The translations under genes were made by a program, and so were the position numbers. Shown here one piece after another: positions 37,671-45,900 of a stretch of DNA of 64,000 bases (its first letter is position 1; every line of letters begins with the position of its first letter). Location: positions 3,241-67,240 of IMG/VR virus record IMGVR_UViG_3300042465_000293. The stretch is one strand, 5' to 3'. The DNA comes from a virus. The notes under the pieces are model-generated. The model searched no databases. It was not told the origin of the DNA and saw only the letters and a list, made by a program, of their open reading frames with translations.

Positions 37671-38125
37671 TTGGACTTGACGCACTTTTAAATGTCGGTG
37701 GCAAGCTCATCGACAAACTGATTCCCGACCCAGAGGCCAAAGCGCGAGCAACGGCTGAACTTGCAAAGATGGCGCAGGACGGTGAGTTGGCAAAGATGGC
37801 CAACGAGACCAAGCTGGTGGAGTTGATGAACGCCAATACCGACAGCGCTCGGGACATGAACGCCAAGGTGCAAGAATCAGCAAACGCTTCTTGGCTGGCC
37901 AAGAATACCGCTTATGCGCTGGACATTGGCATCGTGTCAGCCACCATCTTTTTGGCTTGGTTTGCGTTTATAAAGGGCGTGCCTGATGCCAATAAAGAAC
38001 TGGTTTACATGGCCCTTGGCTCTCTCATTACCATGAGCGGTACTATCCTGAATTTTCACCGTGGAAGCTCGCAGGGTTCTAAAGACAAAGCCAACGAGAT
38101 ACAAAAACTCAAGGATACAAAATGA
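37667..38125 (+). CDS. Holin (GTA/3TM-like)
   Basis: GGKLIDKLIPDPEAKA; two C-terminal TMs; GSSQGS. Confidence 0.75.
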   Translation: MIGLDALLNVGGKLIDKLIPDPEAKARATAELAKMAQDGELAKMANETKLVELMNANTDSARDMNAKVQESANASWLAKNTAYALDIGIVSATIFLAWFAFIKGVPDANKELVYMALGSLITMSGTILNFHRGSSQGSKDKANEIQKLKDTK

Positions 38126-38586
38126 ACTTGACCACGAACTTCTCCTTGCATGAACTCACCAAAAGTGAGACTGCATTGCGTCACGACATGGACAACACGC
38201 CGAATGAGGCACAGACTGCCAACCTGAAGATGCTGGCTGAGCAGGTGCTTCAGCCCGTGCGTGACCACTACGCCAAAGGCGTCAAGGTCAATTCTGGATT
38301 CCGTCATCCCGAGGTCAACGCCAAAGTAGGCGGCTCTCGCACCTCTGACCACTGCAACGGCATGGCCGCAGACATCGAGATTCCGGGGGTACCGAACCAT
38401 GAGCTTGCCGAGTGGATTAAATCAAATCTCTCCTATACACAACTGATCCTTGAGTTTTATACTCGTGGTGTACCGGATTCAGGTTGGGTGCATGTGTCCT
38501 ACGACCCTGCAAACCTGAAAAAGCAGGACTTGACCGCCGTAAAAGAGGGCGGAAAGACTGTCTACTTGCCGGGGCTACATGCGTAA
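38122..38586 (+). CDS. Endolysin, peptidase M15A family
   Basis: NFSLHEL, SGFR, VGGSRTSDH, AADI, WVHVSY. Confidence 0.9.
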   Translation: MNLTTNFSLHELTKSETALRHDMDNTPNEAQTANLKMLAEQVLQPVRDHYAKGVKVNSGFRHPEVNAKVGGSRTSDHCNGMAADIEIPGVPNHELAEWIKSNLSYTQLILEFYTRGVPDSGWVHVSYDPANLKKQDLTAVKEGGKTVYLPGLHA

Positions 38587-38595
38587 GGTGACGGC

Positions 38596-40698
38596 ATGCC
38601 ACTAAAGAAGATACTGCTCAAGCCCGGTGTAAACCGTGAGAACACGCGATACACCAACGAAGGGGGCTGGTACGAGAGCGAGAAGATTCGCTTTCGTCAA
38701 GGCACGCCCGAGAAGATCGGCGGCTGGACACGTATCTCCTCATCCACATTTCTGGGCATCTGCCGTTCCCTGTGGAACTGGGTAACCCTTGGTGGTATCA
38801 ACCTGATTGGCGTTGGCACCAACCTCAAGTTCTATCTTGCAGCAGGCGGTATCTACAACGACATCACACCGTTCCGTGATCAGGTCACATTGACCAACCC
38901 GTTTGAAACCTTTGTCGGTTCTCCGATTGTGCAGGTGACTGATGCCAACGGTGGTTACATTGACGGCGACTTTGTGTCGTTCTACAACGCAACAGCCGTG
39001 GGTGGCCTGACCATCTTTGGTCAGTACGAAATTACGGTCACTGGAGCTACTACATACACCATCACGGCAAGCTCAAACGCTTCGTCGAATGCTGTGGGTG
39101 GCGGAACTGTGTATGCGCTGTATCAAATCAATGTTGGCCCTGCGTATGTGGTGCCGTTGGTAGGCTGGGGTGCTGGCCCTTGGGGTGCTGGCCCTTGGGG
39201 TATTGGTGAAGCGTCCACGGACGCCATCCGTTTGTGGAGCCAACAGAACTACGGCGAAGACCTGATCTTTGGCCCACGGGAAGGCCCAATCTACTACTGG
39301 GATGCAACGTCTGGGTACACCCCAATTACGTTCTCTGCTACGGTGGCAAACCCCACGGTGATTACTGCCGCTGCTGAATACGCTAACGGTACGCCCCTTC
39401 GCTTTGCGCCTGACGCTGGGTCTACGATGCCTGTGGGTATTCTTCCCGGTGAGATGTACTACGTACGCAACGCCGCAGGTTCGTCATTCAATATCTCACT
39501 GACCCCTTCAGGTGCGCTCATCCAAGTCACCGTTGCGGCTGTGGGTAACTGCCGTATCCTGTCAAACGGGTACAAGCTGGCTGACTTTGGAAGCGCAACA
39601 GACGTACCAATCGAGCAAAATTATTTGCTGGTGTCCGACATCAGCCGCTTTGTGTTTGCGTTTGGTTGCAATGACTATGGCTCAGCCACTGTTGACCCGA
39701 TGCTGATTCGCTGGTCTGACCAAGAAGACCCGTTCAACTGGACACCCGCATCAACCAATCAAGCAGGCTTCTTGCGTTTGTCTCGCGGCTCTGAGATCGT
39801 CACAGCCACTCAGTCACGACAAGAAGTTTTGGTGTGGACAGATGCCGCACTGTATTCGCTTCAGTACGTGGGTGCACCGATTGTCTGGGGTGCTCAGCTT
39901 GTCGGAGAAAACATCTCTATCGTGGGTCAGAACGCCGTGTCGTACGCCACGGGCGTGGCCTATTGGATGGGCAAAGACAAGTTTTACAAATACGATGGCC
40001 GCACGCAAACGCTCAACTGCGACTTGCGCCGCTACGTGTTTGAGGACATCAACACCTCGCAGTACGCGCAGGTGTGCTCGGGCACCAACGAAGGCTTCAA
40101 CGAAGTCTGGTGGTTCTACTGTTCTGCTAACTCAACTGACATTGACAAGTACGTGGTCTACAACTACATGGAAAACGTGTGGTACTACGGCAATCTGGCC
40201 CGCACCGCATGGCTGGATTCTGGCCTGCGTGACTACCCGTTGGCTGCTACGTACTACAACAACCTTGTGAACCACGAAGATGGGTTGGACGACAACGCCA
40301 CGGCCACCACGCTGCCAATCGTATCGTCTATTACTTCTGCACAGTTTGATTTGGACGATGGCCACAACTTCATGTTTGTGTGGCGTGTCTTGCCTGACGT
40401 TACGTTTGAGGGTTCTACGGCAACCCCGCCCAGCGCTACGATGTACCTGCTGCCGTTGAAAAATTCTGGCTCTGGGTATTCGGTCAACTCAGCGACGGAC
40501 GCTAATCACTCTGTGGCCAACGATAGTTTTGCGACCGTCACACGGATTGCCACCTTGCCGGTAGAAGAGTTCACCGGGCAGATTTTTACTCGGGTGCGCG
40601 GTCGTCAGATGTCCATTAAGTTTGAGTCCACCGAATTGGGTGTGAATTGGCAGTTGGGCTCACCTCGTATTGACATGCGTTCGGATGGCCGTCGATGA
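38596..40698 (+). CDS. Tail tubular B / nozzle (P22 gp10-like) protein
   Basis: KPGVNRE, RFRQGTPEKIGGW, IRWSDQE, RVRGRQ..DGRR; size and position. Confidence 0.75.
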   Translation: MPLKKILLKPGVNRENTRYTNEGGWYESEKIRFRQGTPEKIGGWTRISSSTFLGICRSLWNWVTLGGINLIGVGTNLKFYLAAGGIYNDITPFRDQVTLTNPFETFVGSPIVQVTDANGGYIDGDFVSFYNATAVGGLTIFGQYEITVTGATTYTITASSNASSNAVGGGTVYALYQINVGPAYVVPLVGWGAGPWGAGPWGIGEASTDAIRLWSQQNYGEDLIFGPREGPIYYWDATSGYTPITFSATVANPTVITAAAEYANGTPLRFAPDAGSTMPVGILPGEMYYVRNAAGSSFNISLTPSGALIQVTVAAVGNCRILSNGYKLADFGSATDVPIEQNYLLVSDISRFVFAFGCNDYGSATVDPMLIRWSDQEDPFNWTPASTNQAGFLRLSRGSEIVTATQSRQEVLVWTDAALYSLQYVGAPIVWGAQLVGENISIVGQNAVSYATGVAYWMGKDKFYKYDGRTQTLNCDLRRYVFEDINTSQYAQVCSGTNEGFNEVWWFYCSANSTDIDKYVVYNYMENVWYYGNLARTAWLDSGLRDYPLAATYYNNLVNHEDGLDDNATATTLPIVSSITSAQFDLDDGHNFMFVWRVLPDVTFEGSTATPPSATMYLLPLKNSGSGYSVNSATDANHSVANDSFATVTRIATLPVEEFTGQIFTRVRGRQMSIKFESTELGVNWQLGSPRIDMRSDGRR

Positions 40699-41039
40699 TT
40701 GTCACTTCTGAGTTTGAACTTCAGCGCATCTCGCCGCCTGCACTGCCGCAAGCGCCGGAGGACTACCAGCGCCAATATCAAGATCAGTTGAACAGCGTGC
40801 TGCGCCTGTACTTTGTACGGCTACAAAGCATTGTGGGGCAGTTGGAGACCGGGGGCGGCATCATCCCGCCAACGACCGTGTACACGGTGGCAGCACTACC
40901 CAGCGCCGCAACTTCTGGCATGGGGGCACGCGCATTTGTGTCTGATGCCAACGCAACCACTTTTGCATCCACTGTGGCCGGTGGCGGGGCAAATAAGGTA
41001 CCTGTGTACTCGGATGGGGTCAACTGGAAGATCGGGTAG
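40695..41039 (+). CDS. Virion-associated protein
   Basis: LRLYF; TVAALPSA...AFVSDA...PVYSDGVNWKIG. Confidence 0.7.
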   Translation: MIVTSEFELQRISPPALPQAPEDYQRQYQDQLNSVLRLYFVRLQSIVGQLETGGGIIPPTTVYTVAALPSAATSGMGARAFVSDANATTFASTVAGGGANKVPVYSDGVNWKIG

Positions 41040-41059
41040 TAACAACGCACTGCTTGACG

Positions 41060-41088
41060 TTGATTTGGCTTGCGCCGTAAGAGATACT
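41060..41088 (+). promoter_or_regulatory. Possible internal promoter TTGATT-17-GATACT before the ACP gene
   Basis: Lies in the 77-bp gap, the only sizeable gap in this part of the operon. Confidence 0.4.
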
Positions 41089-41116
41089 ATGCGTCCCTCT
41101 TTACAAAGGTGCGAAC

Positions 41117-41398
41117 ATGAACGAACTTGAACTTTTTAACCGGTTAGCGCGTCACGTGCGACCCGCGTTTACCAACTACGTACCCATCGAAACGATGGAC
41201 ATCCCCTTCCCCGAAACGGGTCTGGACAGCATGGATGGGCTGATGATGCTCATCTACTTGGAAGACATCTACGGTCTGGACGATGAAATTGCCAAGCATT
41301 TCACGTTTGGCTCCCCTGCTGAACTGATGGTGCAGGTGCATCAGCATAAGACTCAAGAACCCGAGTCGGTTGACGCTGCGATGGAGTTGGTGCAATGA
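41117..41398 (+). CDS. Acyl carrier protein-like protein
   Basis: 93 aa, acidic; GLDSMD phosphopantetheine-Ser motif then LEDIYGL; coupled to the ketosynthase gene. Confidence 0.8.
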   Translation: MNELELFNRLARHVRPAFTNYVPIETMDIPFPETGLDSMDGLMMLIYLEDIYGLDDEIAKHFTFGSPAELMVQVHQHKTQEPESVDAAMELVQ

Positions 41399-42513
41399 TC
41401 GCTCTGACCCACACCCGAACCATATCCACAGAAGCCACAGAACTGCTTGAGGACATTTCTTTTCCTCAGAAGGTACATTGGCTACCCGAGACCTACGCTC
41501 GCGTCTCTACGGGGCTGTTTTACCCCCCACATCGGCTTGCTGAGAAGGTGCTTGACCCCACCTTGATTCAACTCTTGCGGGATACCCCATCCAAAAAGAC
41601 GGCGTTTATCTTGGCGGCGGGCAACGCCCACTTCGCTGGCGTACCGGCAAACCCCCGCAACTCCCGTCTGTCATATCAGTACAAACCCTTACCTTTGACA
41701 TTGACGCAGGTCTACGCCAGCCGTATCGCCCAAGCGTGCGGGGCGTCTGATCACATCGTGACCGACTCTACGGCCTGCGCATCCAGCCTCAAGGCACTCA
41801 TGGACGTGCAGACCCTGCTGAACTTCTACGGGTTTACCCGAGTAGTCGTCTTGTCCGTGGAGGACGCCGTATCAAATCTGGTACTGGAATTCTTTGGCGA
41901 GACCAAGGCATGCCTGACCGCTAAGCGGGAAGCTGAGGAGGGCATCGTTCCGTCTGCTTTTGACTCCAAGAACGGTAGCTTTCACGTTGGGCAAGGCGCG
42001 GTCTTTGCCGTTTTTGAGTCTGGTGAGGGGATGGCCTTGTCAGGGTTTGCACCTCTGGCCAAACTCATGGGGGCGTACACCGCCAGCGAGCCATGCACCA
42101 ACGCTCTGGGTCAACTCGATTCTGGGCTCGGTTTTGTCAAAGCAGCGCAAGGGGCAATTGAAGTTGCGGGTATATCCGCCAACGATATACGCATCGTCAA
42201 GACTCACGGGACTGGGACATTATCCAATAACGTGTCAGAACGTAATGCGCTATCACAAATTCTCCCGGATGGCTTCGTTGCCACTTCCTATAAACCTGTC
42301 ATTGGGCATACAATGGGAGCCAGTGGGCTGCTGGAAACTGCGCTCTTGGTTGACTCTTTGCGGGAAGGAACCATGCCAGCGATTAAAAACCGAACCGAAG
42401 AAGACCATGTGTTCTTATCGGAGCCCCTACCGACCCCTGAAGGATTGGTGCTTAGCCTCGCGGCGGGCATGGGGAATGTTTATTCAGCCGCAGTGCTGTC
42501 CGTAGGAGCCTGA
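41395..42513 (+). CDS. Beta-ketoacyl-ACP synthase (FabB/FabF-like)
   Basis: Cys-His-His triad motifs TACASS, THGTGT, IGHTMGASG; GQGA; GMGN. Confidence 0.9.
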   Translation: MIALTHTRTISTEATELLEDISFPQKVHWLPETYARVSTGLFYPPHRLAEKVLDPTLIQLLRDTPSKKTAFILAAGNAHFAGVPANPRNSRLSYQYKPLPLTLTQVYASRIAQACGASDHIVTDSTACASSLKALMDVQTLLNFYGFTRVVVLSVEDAVSNLVLEFFGETKACLTAKREAEEGIVPSAFDSKNGSFHVGQGAVFAVFESGEGMALSGFAPLAKLMGAYTASEPCTNALGQLDSGLGFVKAAQGAIEVAGISANDIRIVKTHGTGTLSNNVSERNALSQILPDGFVATSYKPVIGHTMGASGLLETALLVDSLREGTMPAIKNRTEEDHVFLSEPLPTPEGLVLSLAAGMGNVYSAAVLSVGA

Positions 42514-42515
42514 CC

Positions 42516-42971
42516 ATGCAGCTTGTAGATAGCAACAAAGAAGAATTAGACACCTCCACCATCATTGCACGTGCTGTGGGGGAAGCCAAAGATGCAGGTC
42601 AGTTACCTAAAAACGTGACCCTGCAAGCGGCTATCCTGTCGGTTATTGCCGAAGGCTCCATGCCCAACACCAAAGTTGAGCAAATTGGCAACACTGTGTT
42701 CATGTCGCATTACAGCGAAGACGGTAAAGAAGTTGCCATGCGTGCGTTTAACGCGGATACTGCGCGGAACTATTTGGAAAGCTCCATCAAGTACGTCAAA
42801 GCATTGCCGGAACAGGGAGTTGAGCGCATGACCAGCGATTTCTCCGACAAGAAGATTTTGCAGTTGTTCAACACAATCGCTCGCCGCCCCGAACTCCAAG
42901 AGTGGGGCATGCAGGTGTATAAATTGAACACAGGTGCCATGCGTGCATACGTTGTATTGAAGGGTGCGTAA
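42516..42971 (+). CDS. Hypothetical protein between ketosynthase and first ejection protein, possibly acyltransferase-like
   Basis: 151-aa alpha/beta ORF coupled to the next gene; function inferred from position only. Confidence 0.6.
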   Translation: MQLVDSNKEELDTSTIIARAVGEAKDAGQLPKNVTLQAAILSVIAEGSMPNTKVEQIGNTVFMSHYSEDGKEVAMRAFNADTARNYLESSIKYVKALPEQGVERMTSDFSDKKILQLFNTIARRPELQEWGMQVYKLNTGAMRAYVVLKGA

Positions 42972-45900
42972 TGGGTGCAGTTGCTGATTTTGTTGGGGAT
43001 GTAATCGGCGCAGTTGGCGATGCCATCTCATCGGTAGGTAAAGCCGTTTTTAAACTGGCAGATTTTGTCGTTGACAAGATCATCGACCCTGTTCTTTCAA
43101 CAGTCAGCAACGTCATTGAGGCAGCACTTGATAATCCACTAAAAACAATTGCACAGGTTGCCCTCGTTGCCACAGGTAACGCATGGGCGCTCCCACTTGT
43201 CGAAGGTGCAGACGTTGCCGCAAAAGGTGGTGATCTGGGCGATGTGTTGAAAGCCACAGCCAAGGCGTATGTAGCCCAAGAGATCGGTTCCTATGTTGGC
43301 GGCAAAGCCACTACCGCAGTAGCCAAAGCTACTGACAGTGCCATTGCAGGTCAGATATTTGGTAGTGGTGCAGCCGCTGCGTCTGTTGCAGTTGTAACCA
43401 ATCAAGACCCCCTCAAAGCGTTTATCTCTGGCGGTGTGGGTGCGGCAACCGGCGCAGTGCTGGGTAAAGTTGATGAGATGACAGGGGGTAAATTTAAAAC
43501 GCTACCTCCTACTGCACAGGCGGCTATCCAGTCAGCCATCACAGCGCAGATTACAAACAACCCCAACCCCACTGCTGCCATCATGGGCAGCATCATCTCT
43601 GCTTCTGGCATTGTGACGGACGCAATTAAGTCGTTTGATCCTGATGGTACAAAACTTGACGCCACTCAGCGCACCATCTTGACCGATGTGCTCATGGGTA
43701 CAGCCACTGCCGCGCTGACTGGTGGTAAAGCGTCCAACGTCATTCAAGCCGCCATGATGAAAGCAGGCGCTAAAGCTCTGGGCGACATGACCACGAGCGC
43801 GTTTAAAACAGCTACCGGTGAAACTACAAAGGCTTACGCAGCCGCTGACGCAGCCGCAGGTAAAGTAGATGCAAACATCGAAGCGCAAAAAGCCGCAGCA
43901 TGGGAGTACAACAATAACGCCACGCAACTGCAAGAGCGGATAGCAGAACAAAACAGACTTAGCGACGCATACAACGCCGCAGTCAAAGCGTTTGACGCCG
44001 ACCCAACTGAAGAAAACGGTAAAGCCGCAAACGCTGCAATTACCAAGTACAACGAGTACGTCACAGCGTTGAACAAAGATTACAACGAGACGTACAAACC
44101 ACGCCTTGATAAATATGGCGGGGAGTTAGACACATTGAAGCAGCAACATGCGGTGTTGACTGGCGACTACGAAAAGGCTATGCAAGCGTTTGGCACCAAG
44201 ACAGATAAATTGTCTGATGCGCTTGACCCCATCTACCGTACAAGTAATCGTGCGTTTGTGGAGGCAATGGATACAAACTTCAATGCTGACCAATACCGCA
44301 AACTTAACGGACTTGGCGCGGATGTTGATGTCTACGATCACTACTTGTCCAAGGGCCAATTTGAAGGTGCGCCAACAAACAACAAAGCCGCTGAGACAGT
44401 AATTGCAACAGAACGTACACGACTGATTACTCAGGCGCTGGAAAGCAAAGGCGTGACTCTGGCCACGGCTGACCCTGCCATGGTGTCCAAGATGCTGGAC
44501 AACATCGACAAGAACTACGGCAACAATGTTTCAGCACTTAAAGCTGCGTCTATTCAAGATGTGATCAACGGCAACATCACGTCGGTCAATCAGTTGGTAA
44601 GTGACCAACGAAACGGTGTTCTAAGAGTTGAAGTTGCCGGTAGTTCTTACGGTGAATGGCAAAAGCCTTCGTCCGACAGATTTACATTACCTGCGGGTAT
44701 GAAACTGGCTTCGTATGCAGCGTTTGATAGTGGTCGAGCCAGTCTGGTATACGACAACAAAGGAGCCCCCGTATGGATCGAAGCCGACCCCAGCACTGCT
44801 GTGGCAACGTGGAATCCAGCGACCGGCAACTATGAACTCCCGCCTGTCACGATAATAGGCAAGAAGCCTACTGAGCAAGAAAAAATTATTGCCATGGCCG
44901 AATTGGGCGGCTCGGCTGCTGTCAACGGTGTCGTGAGTGATGCCATGATCAACGCCGCCAAAACGGTCGTTGGATGGGCACAGCAGACGGGTAGTTCCAC
45001 ACTGATCAACACCACAGCCAACGTGCTGAAAGCTGGTGGTGGTTTCCTTGAATCTATTAACGGTATATCTGTGTTGTTTGGCTCCGCACCAAAAGACACA
45101 CAGTTGGGCAAGTTTTCAAACGCTCTGAATGATCTTGGCAAAGCAAGTAATACTGCGGAGTACCAAGCTGCCGTCAAAAACATGAACGCTATGATTGGCG
45201 ATGCCAAAGGCGTTGGCGGCACGCTCAAAGCAATCTACGGTGCATTCAAGTCTGCCCCACTGCAATTCGTTGCGGAGTATGTCGGCGTTGAAGGTATCCA
45301 AGAAATTGCACCGCTTCTTATCGGCGGTGTTGTTGCCTCGGGTGCCAAAGGTGCTGCGGCTGCGTTGAAGTACGGCCAAGCGGTTGCCGCCAGAATGGGT
45401 AGTACCGCAGGTATGACCGCAGGCATCATGACTGATATTGTTGAGTCGGCTGGCGGTGCCGCGACCGGTGCGTATAACGAAGCGTACAAGACTGCAATTA
45501 AAGTGGGTAAGTCTCCAGCAGATGCCGACAAGATTGCCATGGAGATTGCGCAACGCCAAGCGTTTGTTGCTGCGGCTACTACTGCCGTGTCGATGGGTCT
45601 TGGTGGTGCAGCCCTTGAGAAAGCTCTTTTAGGTAGGTCTGGTACAGGACTCGGCGATGCGTTGCAAACCCTTGGCGACTTTGCCAAGACCGGCACAAAG
45701 ATAGCCATCAAAGAAGGTACTTCCGAAGCTGGCGAGGAAGGTATTACGCAAGCTGCACTGGAAGGTCAACTGTACAAACTTGACCAGACCCGTGATGTTG
45801 CCAAAGAAATCACGCAGGCTGCGGCGTTTGGTTTTATTGCAGGTGGCCCTATTGCTGGTGGTGCGTATGCCGCAAGTCGTACCGGAGATGTCATCTCCAA

